Translations under genes and position numbers: made by a program | NCBI GenBank assembly: GCA_021325135.1 | Contig: JAJPHT010000013.1 | Span: forward strand, 99,815-163,814 | Reading direction: 5' to 3' | Origin: Pseudomonadota bacterium | GTDB lineage: Archaea; Thermoplasmatota; SW-10-69-26; JACQPN01; JAJPHT01 | Length of the DNA stretch: 64,000 bases | Shown: positions 35,654 to 43,606 of the stretch, piece by piece | Position numbering within the stretch: the stretch's first letter is position 1 | How the letters are laid out: the number at the start of each line of letters is the position of its first letter | Notes under the pieces: generated by a model | The model's input: only the letters and a program-made list of their open reading frames with translations | Told to the model about the DNA's origin: nothing | Databases searched by the model: none

Positions 35654-35704
35654 GGCGCCCGGAAGCGCGCGGGGCCGGTTTAAGCCCCTTCGGCCCGCGG
35701 GCGC

Positions 35705-35763
35705 GGGCGATCGTCCAAAGGGGTACCAACTTCGTTATACCAGCCTGGAGGGACCGCTGGCCC
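35705..35763 (+). ncRNA. Putative small RNA 1 (hairpin)
   Basis: TTTAAG about 26 nt upstream; ends pair (GGGC..GUCC / GGAC..GCCC); 5' motif shared with RNA 2. Confidence 0.4.
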
Positions 35764-35798
35764 AGAGAGCGCACGGGGTGACGCCCCGCCGCTCCACC

Positions 35799-35846
35799 CC
35801 CCGGACGGGGCGCCTCCCACCGCCTCCCGAAGCGCCCCGTCCGGGG
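35799..35846. terminator. Perfect 15-bp inverted repeat hairpin
   Basis: CCCCGGACGGGGCGC / GCGCCCCGTCCGGGG, followed by CCTCCCTTTT. Confidence 0.55.
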
Positions 35847-35880
35847 ACCTCCCTTTTAAAGACCCCTCCTCTCCCCTGGC

Positions 35881-36025
35881 GGAGCCCGGCATCGTCCAAA
35901 GGGGTTCAACTGAGGATATCCCCCCTCGGGGCAAGGTTGGCTCAGCAGCCGCGGCGGGCGCGAAGGCGCCTGCCCTGAGCCGTTGCCTGGGTTGCCCCCC
36001 TCCGGGTCGGACTTGCCGGTCCTCC
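35881..36025 (+). ncRNA. Putative structured RNA 2 (~145 nt)
   Basis: TTTTAAA about 26 nt upstream; stems CCGGCA..GUCC/GGAC..UGCCGG, GGGGCAA/UUGCCCC, GGCUCAG/CUGAGCC and GCGGGCGC-GAAG-GCGCCUGC. Confidence 0.5.
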
Positions 36026-36034
36026 CGCATCCCC

Positions 36035-36060
36035 GCCCGGTCCGTTGCCGCGGACCGGGC
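36035..36060. terminator. Perfect 10-bp hairpin
   Basis: GCCCGGTCCG / CGGACCGGGC, between RNA 2 and the convergent GATase stop. Confidence 0.55.
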
Positions 36061-36067
36061 CTCCTTC

Positions 36068-36766
36068 TCACGCGCGAAGGCGCGTCCACCCTTCGACGAC
36101 GCGGCGGGCCGCCCGCGCCGTCTCGGCCTCGCGCTCCCGCGCCTCGCGAAGGATCTCCTCCACCTGGACGCCCGCGGCCTCCAGGTCCTTCCGCTCCCCC
36201 TCCAGGATGCGCTCCAGCGCGGCGGGCTCGAAGTCCAGGTGGAACTGGAGCGCGTAGGTCGCCGGCCCGAGGCGGAACGCCTGCTCCGCGTAGAGCCGCG
36301 ACGAGGCCAGGCGCGTCGCCCCGGGCGGAGGCGCGTAGGTGTCGTGGTGCAGGTGCATGGCGCGCGGGGGGAGCCCGCCCACCACGGAATCGCGCGCCGC
36401 CTCGGGCGCCCAGCGCAGGTCGTGGAACCCCACCTCGGGCCCCGCGCCGCCGGGCATCGCGCGGCCCCCCAGCGCGTGCGCGACCAGCTGCGCGCCGAGG
36501 CACACGCCCAGGATGGGCACGCGGCCGTGGGACGCGCGGAGCAGGTCCATGACGCGCGCCATCCACGGCCCCGTGGTGATATCATAGACCGAGGGCGCGC
36601 CGCCCAGGACGATGACGCCCTCGAACCCCTCGGGCGTCGCGGGCACCGCCTCGCCCGCCCACGCCTGCACGACGCGCGCCTCGACGCCGGCCTCCGCCAG
36701 GGGCGCCGCGAAGAGGCCCAGCCCCTCCAGGGGCGCGTTCTGGACGACCAGCGCGCGCCGCGTCAC
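36068..36766 (-). CDS. Class I glutamine amidotransferase-like protein
   Basis: VIVLGG, PILGVCLGAQLVAHALGG, HHD, ALQFHLD. Confidence 0.88.
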   Translation of the reverse strand: MTRRALVVQNAPLEGLGLFAAPLAEAGVEARVVQAWAGEAVPATPEGFEGVIVLGGAPSVYDITTGPWMARVMDLLRASHGRVPILGVCLGAQLVAHALGGRAMPGGAGPEVGFHDLRWAPEAARDSVVGGLPPRAMHLHHDTYAPPPGATRLASSRLYAEQAFRLGPATYALQFHLDFEPAALERILEGERKDLEAAGVQVEEILREAREREAETARAARRVVEGWTRLRA

Positions 36767-37149
36767 GTCCGCACCGCCCAGACGCCCGTGGCGCGCGCGA
36801 GCACCTCGCCCGACTCGCCGACGATCTCGCCCGAGGGGAACGCCGCGAGCTTGCCGCGCCGGTCCACGCGCGCCCGCGCGACGAGGCGCTCTCCGGGCTT
36901 CCCGGGCCGCAGGAAGTCGGTGGTCAACGACTGCGTGGCGCACCACTCCCCCTCCTCCAGCGTCGCGACGACGGCCGCGCCCAGGGCGAAGTCCAGGAGC
37001 CCAGCGGTGACGCCGCCGTGGATCCAGCCGCCCATGTTGGCGTGCCGCTTCGCCGTGGGGAGCCGCACCTCGACGCCCTGGTCCGTGATCCTGAACTCCT
37101 CGATGCCCAGGAGGTCGGAGTACGATTCGATGGAGTCGAGGGTTTCCAC
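36763..37149 (-). CDS. PaaI-family thioesterase
   Basis: N..GWIHGGVTAGLLD, FLRPG, RRGK. Confidence 0.9.
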   Translation of the reverse strand: METLDSIESYSDLLGIEEFRITDQGVEVRLPTAKRHANMGGWIHGGVTAGLLDFALGAAVVATLEEGEWCATQSLTTDFLRPGKPGERLVARARVDRRGKLAAFPSGEIVGESGEVLARATGVWAVRT

Positions 37150-37212
37150 GAGGGCGCGAGGGGCAGGCGCGACAAAAGCCCTTGGGCGGGCCCGCGTCTT
37201 CTGGCGCCGCCG

Positions 37213-37398
37213 TCACGCCTTGCGGACGCGGCGCTTGGCCTCGCGCAGCCGCGCGGCGGTGGCGCGCAGCGCGGCCTCGCCGGCCTCGCGCTCCTCCCGC
37301 GTGCGGGCGCGACGCAGGCGCTCCCAGGCGGCGTCGTGCTCGGCCTGGGCGGTCGCCATCTCCTCGGCGCCTGGATCGTCGGCCCCCGCGCTTGCCAC
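37213..37398 (-). CDS. Small helical-hairpin protein
   Basis: EEMATAQAEHDAAWERLRRA...AALRATAARLREAKRRV. Confidence 0.5.
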   Translation of the reverse strand: MASAGADDPGAEEMATAQAEHDAAWERLRRARTREEREAGEAALRATAARLREAKRRVRKA

Positions 37399-37496
37399 GC
37401 CGCGACCTTGGACGGGGGCCCGTCTTGTGCGTGCTGGACGGGGAGAAGCGTCACTCTGGACGTGGGCGGGGGTGGCGCATGGCCACGCGCGGCGGC

Positions 37497-37811
37497 TCAG
37501 GGTGGCGAGCGGCCACCCAGGCGGACCTCGCGCAGGGCGCGGCCCGCCTCGTGCAACGCGTCCTTGGCCCGGGCGAGCACCTCGAAGGCGGCCGGCTTCT
37601 CCTCCTCGGCGGCGCTGGCCACGCGCGCCGCGGCGTCGTCGTAGGCGGCCTGCGCCTCCTGGAGCCGGCGGCGGGCCGTCTCTTCGGGCGTGGGCCCGAC
37701 GGAGAATAGGGCGTCGGGGGCCTTGGGCGGGACGGCGAGGAAGACGCTCACGCTGGGCAGAGGGAGGGTGCCACGCAGCTTGGTCTTGAGGCTCTTGGGC
37801 ACGCGATTCAC
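37497..37811 (-). CDS. Small helical-hairpin protein
   Basis: ARRRLQEAQAAYDDAAARV...LARAKDALHEAGRALREV. Confidence 0.5.
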   Translation of the reverse strand: MNRVPKSLKTKLRGTLPLPSVSVFLAVPPKAPDALFSVGPTPEETARRRLQEAQAAYDDAAARVASAAEEEKPAAFEVLARAKDALHEAGRALREVRLGGRSPP

Positions 37812-37986
37812 GTCCTGTCGTGGCGCGGGGCTGGCCCGATCCGCGGGCTCCAAGGCGTGGAGCGGGCTTGAAGGGGGCGCTTGGCGGCGAAAGCGGAGAA
37901 CCCCCGCGCCCCGCCAGCGGCCCATCCCTGTCTCGCGGGCCTTCGGGGAGCGCGCCACAAGCGGAAACCCGCGTCCTTGATGGCCC

Positions 37987-38391
37987 ATGCGAACCCAGCC
38001 GTGGGCCAAGGGGCAGCCGTTGGACCTTCTGCTGGCGGACGACGACGAGGACACGCGCTTCATCGTCAAGCGCGCGCTGGCGAAGCTGGGCGCCGCGGTC
38101 CACGTCCACGAGGCCGCCAACGGGGAGGAGGCGTTGACGCTCCTGCGCGAGCGCCGCGTGGACGCGATCCTTACCGACTACCGCATGCCCCTCGCCACGG
38201 GCGTCGAGGTGCTCTGCTTCGCGCGCCACGCGCAGCCCCACGCGAAGCGCATCCTCATGAGCGGCACGCTGGAGGAGGCGGTCCTCCGCGAGGCCGCGCT
38301 GCCGGCGTGCCTGGACTTCTGCTTCGAGAAGCCGATGCAGCGCGAGGAGTGGATGAAGCTCCTCCGCCTGGGCCTGGAGATCGAGACCTAA
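37987..38391 (+). CDS. Single-domain response regulator (receiver only)
   Basis: LLADDD, ILTDYRMP..TG, LMSG, EKP. Confidence 0.9.
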   Translation: MRTQPWAKGQPLDLLLADDDEDTRFIVKRALAKLGAAVHVHEAANGEEALTLLRERRVDAILTDYRMPLATGVEVLCFARHAQPHAKRILMSGTLEEAVLREAALPACLDFCFEKPMQREEWMKLLRLGLEIET

Positions 38392-38523
38392 GTCCAGCGC
38401 GGGCGCGCCGGCATTCTTCGGGGCCGGCTGGTCAAACTATATTGCGATCAAACGCAAGCCGGGGCTCCATGACCGACCCCGAGACGCAGGCTGCCCTGGA
38501 CGCGCACGCGCACCTCTGATCCC

Positions 38524-38829
38524 ATGGCGCGGATCGACCTCCCCTTCCAGCCCCGCTGGCGCCCCGCGGTGCTTTCCGGAGAGAAGACCACCACCGTGCG
38601 GACGCGCCGCTTCGGCGCCGAGGGCGACTCGTTCACGGTGGAGGGCATCGCGTTCCGCCTGACGCTCGTGGAGGCGATGCCCCTCGCCAAGGCGCGCGAC
38701 CTCGTCTGGCGCGAGGAGGGCATGCGGAGCCCCGAGGAGTTCGAGGCCGTCTGGGCGGAGAACCATCCGACGCGCGGCTTCCGCGGCGCGGACTCCGTGT
38801 GGGTGCATCGCTTCGTGCGCGAGAGCTAA
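38524..38829 (+). CDS. ASCH-domain protein
   Basis: F...W..AVLSGEKTTTVR, EG..S..EF...W, VWVHRF. Confidence 0.88.
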   Translation: MARIDLPFQPRWRPAVLSGEKTTTVRTRRFGAEGDSFTVEGIAFRLTLVEAMPLAKARDLVWREEGMRSPEEFEAVWAENHPTRGFRGADSVWVHRFVRES

Positions 38830-39707
38830 TGGGCCATGCCTGCTCGCCGCGCCACGCGCACCACGCGGCGCGCCTGCTCCAGGAGCGGCTCGTCGATCAT
38901 GCGGCCCTCGAAGCGGAACGCGCCGTGCGTCTCCTTCTGCGCGGCGGCCAGGAGGCGCAGCGCGTGGTCGACCTCCGCCTGCGTGGGCGTGAAGGCGCGG
39001 TGGATGGGCGCGATCTGGTCGGGGTGGATCGCCATCTTGCCGGTGTAGCCCAGCGTGCGCGCCTGGCGCGCCTCCTGCTCCAGCCCCGCGGGGTCCTGGA
39101 AGTTGGCGTACACCTGGTCGATGCACGGCACGTCCAGCGCGGCGGCGGCGAGGGCGACGTGGCTGCGCGCGTAGAGGACCTCCACGCTGCTGGGCGTGCG
39201 CACGAGGCCCGCGTCGGCGGCCAGGTCCTCGGCGCCGAAGAGGAGCCCCGCGAGGCGCTGGCCCACCGCGATGCCCGCGTCCAGCGCGCGCAGGACGCCC
39301 AGCGCGGTCTCCACGATGAGGTAGAGCCGCGTGGAGCCCGGGTGCAGGCCCACGCGCGCCTCCTCCTCGGCCAATTCCTGCGAGAGGCGCGCGAGGGTCA
39401 CGGGGTCGTCGGCCTTGGGGATCATGAGGGCCGGAGGACGCGCGTCCATGACGACGGCGAGGTCGCTGCGCCACTCGTCGCTGGAGAGCGCGTTGATCCG
39501 CACGCAGCGGTCGGGGCCTCCGGGGACGGGCGGGTTCGCGTCGAGCACCTGCCTCACGAGCTGGCGGGCGGCCTCCTTCCCCTCGGGCGCGACGGCGTCC
39601 TCCAGGTCGAAGCAGACCATGTCGGCGGGCAGGGTGAGCGCCTTGAGCATGCGCTTCTCCTGGTCGCCCGGCGTGAAGAGGACGGAGCGGCGGATCTCGA
39701 CGGGCAC
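38826..39707 (-). CDS. CitE/HpcH-family (citryl/malyl-CoA lyase-like) protein
   Basis: RSVLFTPG, FDLEDAV, VRIN, IPK, IVETALG, FGAEDL, GK.AIHP.QI, GRMIDEP. Confidence 0.92.
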   Translation of the reverse strand: MPVEIRRSVLFTPGDQEKRMLKALTLPADMVCFDLEDAVAPEGKEAARQLVRQVLDANPPVPGGPDRCVRINALSSDEWRSDLAVVMDARPPALMIPKADDPVTLARLSQELAEEEARVGLHPGSTRLYLIVETALGVLRALDAGIAVGQRLAGLLFGAEDLAADAGLVRTPSSVEVLYARSHVALAAAALDVPCIDQVYANFQDPAGLEQEARQARTLGYTGKMAIHPDQIAPIHRAFTPTQAEVDHALRLLAAAQKETHGAFRFEGRMIDEPLLEQARRVVRVARRAGMAH

Positions 39708-39806
39708 GCGGAGGCTATCGCGGGCACCCGGGCAAGAGCTTTGCGCGAGGTCGCGGAGAGGCGGCCGGGCGACGCGAGGATGCCGGAGGCCGCCCAGAGC
39801 GGGAGC

Positions 39807-40085
39807 ATGTCGAGCCCCGTCCTCCCCGAAGACGACATCCGGCGCATGGCGCGGGCGCGCGTGGGCTTCCGCTGGCACCTCGCCTCCTACGTCGTCGTGA
39901 ACCTCTTCCTGGCCCTGGTCTGGTTCCTCACCACCGGGCCGGGCTCCTACTACTGGCCCGTGTGGGTCCACATGGGGTGGGGCATCGGGCTCATCTTCAA
40001 CGCCCTCGGGGCCTACGTCCCCCAGGCGCGCATGCTCGCGGCGGAGGAGCAGCGGCTTCGCCGGCGCTACGGCCGAGAACCCTGA
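39807..40085 (+). CDS. 2TM-domain protein
   Basis: GFRWHLASYVVVNLFL, YWPVW..GWGIGL. Confidence 0.85.
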   Translation: MSSPVLPEDDIRRMARARVGFRWHLASYVVVNLFLALVWFLTTGPGSYYWPVWVHMGWGIGLIFNALGAYVPQARMLAAEEQRLRRRYGREP

Positions 40086-40111
40086 AAAGGGAGGATCGCT
40101 TCCCGAGGGCC

Positions 40112-40786
40112 GTGGCCGAGCCCGTCGTGGAAGCCCGCCAAGTGACGCGCGTCTACGGCTCGGGCGACGCGGCGGCGGCCGCGCTGCGCGGCGTGGACCT
40201 CCAGGTGGCCGAGGGCGAGATGGTCGCCATCATGGGCGCCTCCGGCTGCGGGAAGACGACGCTCCTCAACTGCCTCTCGGGGCTCGACCGCCCGACCTCG
40301 GGCCAGGTGATCCTCGCGGGCCGCGACCTCACCGCGCTGCGCGAGCCCGCCCTCACGCGCCACCGCGCGCGCGTCGCGGGGTTCGTCTTCCAGTCGTACA
40401 ACCTCATCCCCGTGCTCACCTCCGAAGAGAACGTGCTGCTGCCGCTCCTCACGCGGGGCGACGAGCAGGGCGCGGCGCGGCAGAGGGCGCGCGGCGCGCT
40501 GGCGGGCCTGGGCCTCGCGGGCAAGGAGCGGCGCCTGCCCAACGAGCTTTCGGGCGGCGAGCAGCAGCGCGTCGCCATCGCCCGCGCGCTGGCGCCCGAG
40601 CCGCGCGTCGTCTTCGCGGACGAGCCCACGGGCAACCTCGACGCGGAGCGCGCGAAGGACGTGCTGGACCTCCTCGTCTCGGCCAACCGCGAGCGCGGGC
40701 AGACGCTCGTCGTCGTCACGCACGACCCCCGCGTCGCGGAGCGGTGCACGCGCGTCGTCCGCATGGAATCCGGGCGCGTGGTCTAG
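40112..40786 (+). CDS. ABC transporter ATP-binding protein (LolD/MacB type)
   Basis: GASGCGKTT, LSGGEQQRVAIARAL, ADEPTGNLD, VVTHD. Confidence 0.95.
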   Translation: MAEPVVEARQVTRVYGSGDAAAAALRGVDLQVAEGEMVAIMGASGCGKTTLLNCLSGLDRPTSGQVILAGRDLTALREPALTRHRARVAGFVFQSYNLIPVLTSEENVLLPLLTRGDEQGAARQRARGALAGLGLAGKERRLPNELSGGEQQRVAIARALAPEPRVVFADEPTGNLDAERAKDVLDLLVSANRERGQTLVVVTHDPRVAERCTRVVRMESGRVV

Positions 40787-43534
40787 ATGGCGTCGCGCGC
40801 GGGCTTCCTGGCCGTCACGGCGTGGCGCTACGCGCTGCGGCACAAGGGGCAGACGGCCCGCGCCGTCACCGGGCTCCTCGTCGCGACCACCGTGCTCGTC
40901 GCGGGCCTGGGCATGGCGGACACCATCACCGCGGCCGTGGAGCGCGGCGCCGTCGCGCAGTTCGGCGGCATCGACGTGGTCGTGACCGGCGTCCTGCCGT
41001 TCAACGCGAGCCTGGGCGACGAGCTTGCGGCGCTCCCCTCTGCTCAGGCGCACCACGCGCGCTTCGTGCCCACCCTGGGCGTGCCCGGCAGCGTGACCGC
41101 GCGCAATGGCACGCTCGCGCAGTCCAACGTCATCGTGCGCGGCGTCGACCCCTCCGAGCCCGCCCTTCTGGGGCCGCTGCGCACGGCGGAGGGCGCGCCG
41201 GTCGCGGAGCCTCGTGCGGGCGAGGTCGTGCTCTCCCAGGGACTCGCCGACGCGCTGGGCGTCAAGCCGGGCGACTCCGTGACCCTCCGCGTGCCCACGC
41301 TGCGCAGCCTCGCGTTGGGGCAGCTCCGCATCGCGCAGCTCCAGGCGCGCGTCTCCGGCATCGCAGTGCAGGAAGGGCGCAGCGGCTACGTGGGCACCGC
41401 CACCGCCCTCGTGCCGCTGGAGGCCATCGGCAACGCGACGGGCGCGCCGGGCCAAGCGACGCAGCTCCTCTTCACGCTGGAGGGCGGCGCGCTGGAGGTC
41501 GCCCCGCAGATGGGTGATCACCTGCGCGCGGGCGGCGATCGCACCTACACCGCGCGGGCCGACAAGGCGCGCATCCTGGAGGAGACGACGTCGAGCCAGA
41601 ACGTCGTCGTGGGCTTCATCCTGGGCATGACGAGCTTCACGCTCATCGCCGCGGTGCTGCTGGCCTTCGCGCTCCTCTCCGCCCTCGTGGAGGAGCGGCG
41701 CGTGGAGCTTGGCACCATGCGCGCGCTGGGGCTCACGCGCGGCGAGGTCGCGCTGGCCATGACGCTGGAGGGCGTCTACTACACCGTCGCCGCCGCGCTG
41801 GCGGGGCTGGCGCTGGGGATCGCCGCGCTCGTGGGGGCGGTCGCCCTCCTGGAGCAGCGCGTCCCCGCGCAGTTCCGGCGCTACGTCGCCACCACCGTCT
41901 CGCCCCCCACCATGGCGCTGGCCATGGCGGTGGGCATCGCGGTGCCGCTCCTCACCATCGCCGTGGGCTCGCTGCGCTTCGCGCGCCTCGACCCCTCGCG
42001 CGCCATCCGCGGCGTCGCGGACGATCCTCGGGGCGAGCGCCGCGTCGGCTTCGCGGGCGCCGCCGCGCTCGCGCTGGTGGGGCTCCTCCTGCTGCTGCTC
42101 CCCTTCGGCCACCTCGCCGCGTGGCCCCTGGTGCTGGCGGGCGGCTCCGTCGCGCTCTCCGCAATGGGGCGCCGCCGGCTCGCCCTTCTCCCCCTCGCCG
42201 CGGGCGCGGGCGTCATCGTCTACACGCTCTTCACGTTCGACTTCCCCAGCGGGAGCGCGGCCTACGATCCCGCGTACACGCTGGGGCGCGGCCTGCTGCT
42301 CGCGTTCGGCCTCGTCGCGCTGGCGGTCGCCTCGCCCCGCCCCTACGACGCGCTGGCGCGCGGCACGCGCGGGCGAAGCTCGCTCCTCGTCGCGGTGCGA
42401 TATCTCATCGCGCGCCGCCGCGCCGCCGGCCTCACCATGGCGATGATCGCCATCGTCGTCATGGTCGTGACCGTCATGGGCACGCTCTTCTCCCTCTTCG
42501 CGTTCAACGCGCCCGACGACCTCGGGGGATATCAGGTGGAGGGCACCTCGCCCTTGCCCTTCGATCGGCTCGACCCCGCGCTCCCCGCCAACCTGAGCCA
42601 CGACGTGGCCGACGCGCAGCTTCTTCCGCGGCTGGGCCGCGCGGGGCTCAACGTCACGGCGAACGGGAACGACCTGGGCGGCTTCGGCGGCGTCTGGGGC
42701 ATCACCCCCGGGTTCGCGGCCAACGCGACGCTCAACTTCTCCTCCCTGGCCCCGCGATATCACGACTCCCGCGAGGCGTGGGACGCGGTGGCGCGCGGCG
42801 AGGCCGTGGCGGCGCCCGACTTCGGGCGGCCCAACCCCGCGCGCCTCTGGGGCGCCAACCCCGGCGCCGAGGTGACGCTGCGCGCCTCGGGCGGCGCCAC
42901 CCGGACGTACGTACTCGCGGGCTTCGTCCGCGCGGACAACCTGGGCCTCATGATATCGTCCTCCGACGCGGACTCGCTGGGCCTGCGCACGACGCGCGTC
43001 GTCCTCGTGCGGGCCGCGCCCGGCGTCGACGCGGACGACCTCGCGGGGCGGCTCACCGCCGTCTACCAGGACCAGGGCCTCTCGTTCCAGAGCTTCCGCG
43101 CGCAGAACGAGCAGCGTCTCCAGGCCGCTCAACCGCTCCTTCTCGTGCTGGAGGCGTTCCTGGGCGTGGGCCTCCTCGTGGGCCTCTCCTCGACGGGCAT
43201 CCTCGCCAGCCGCGCGGTCCACGAGCGGCGCCGCGAGATCGGCACGCTGCGCGCGCTGGGCTTCGAGGAGCGCGACGTGCGCTGGGCCTTCCTCGTAGAG
43301 TCGACGCTCACGACGCTCCTGGGGCTCCTCATCGGGCTGGGCGTCGGCCTCCTCGTCGCGGCCGGCGTGTGGTGGCGCACGGAGGACCGCGCCGCGGTGG
43401 CGTTCTCCCCGCCGTGGCTCACGATCGCGCTCTTCGGGGCCGCGCTCCTCGCCCTCTCCGCGCTCGCGGCGCTGGGCCCCGCCATCCGCGCCTCGCGGCT
43501 CCCGCCCGCCATCGCGGTGCGGCACGTCGAGTGA
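40787..43534 (+). CDS. FtsX-like ABC permease (duplicated)
   Basis: EERRVELGTMRALG and ERRREIGTLRALG; PAIRASRLPPA.A.R. Confidence 0.92.
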   Translation: MASRAGFLAVTAWRYALRHKGQTARAVTGLLVATTVLVAGLGMADTITAAVERGAVAQFGGIDVVVTGVLPFNASLGDELAALPSAQAHHARFVPTLGVPGSVTARNGTLAQSNVIVRGVDPSEPALLGPLRTAEGAPVAEPRAGEVVLSQGLADALGVKPGDSVTLRVPTLRSLALGQLRIAQLQARVSGIAVQEGRSGYVGTATALVPLEAIGNATGAPGQATQLLFTLEGGALEVAPQMGDHLRAGGDRTYTARADKARILEETTSSQNVVVGFILGMTSFTLIAAVLLAFALLSALVEERRVELGTMRALGLTRGEVALAMTLEGVYYTVAAALAGLALGIAALVGAVALLEQRVPAQFRRYVATTVSPPTMALAMAVGIAVPLLTIAVGSLRFARLDPSRAIRGVADDPRGERRVGFAGAAALALVGLLLLLLPFGHLAAWPLVLAGGSVALSAMGRRRLALLPLAAGAGVIVYTLFTFDFPSGSAAYDPAYTLGRGLLLAFGLVALAVASPRPYDALARGTRGRSSLLVAVRYLIARRRAAGLTMAMIAIVVMVVTVMGTLFSLFAFNAPDDLGGYQVEGTSPLPFDRLDPALPANLSHDVADAQLLPRLGRAGLNVTANGNDLGGFGGVWGITPGFAANATLNFSSLAPRYHDSREAWDAVARGEAVAAPDFGRPNPARLWGANPGAEVTLRASGGATRTYVLAGFVRADNLGLMISSSDADSLGLRTTRVVLVRAAPGVDADDLAGRLTAVYQDQGLSFQSFRAQNEQRLQAAQPLLLVLEAFLGVGLLVGLSSTGILASRAVHERRREIGTLRALGFEERDVRWAFLVESTLTTLLGLLIGLGVGLLVAAGVWWRTEDRAAVAFSPPWLTIALFGAALLALSALAALGPAIRASRLPPAIAVRHVE

Positions 43535-43606
43535 CGCGGCTCGACCGGCAGTCTGGCCGCCGACTTACAGATGCACGCCGCAGCCGCAACAGAGCATGGC
43601 CGACAG

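Noticed and set aside
35705-36060. SRP RNA, RNase P RNA, tRNA or glycine riboswitch
   Set aside because: No SRP helix-8 motif, no RNase P P4 motifs and no cloverleaf (GGTTCAAC is only T-loop-like). No glycine-aptamer consensus was seen on the minus strand.
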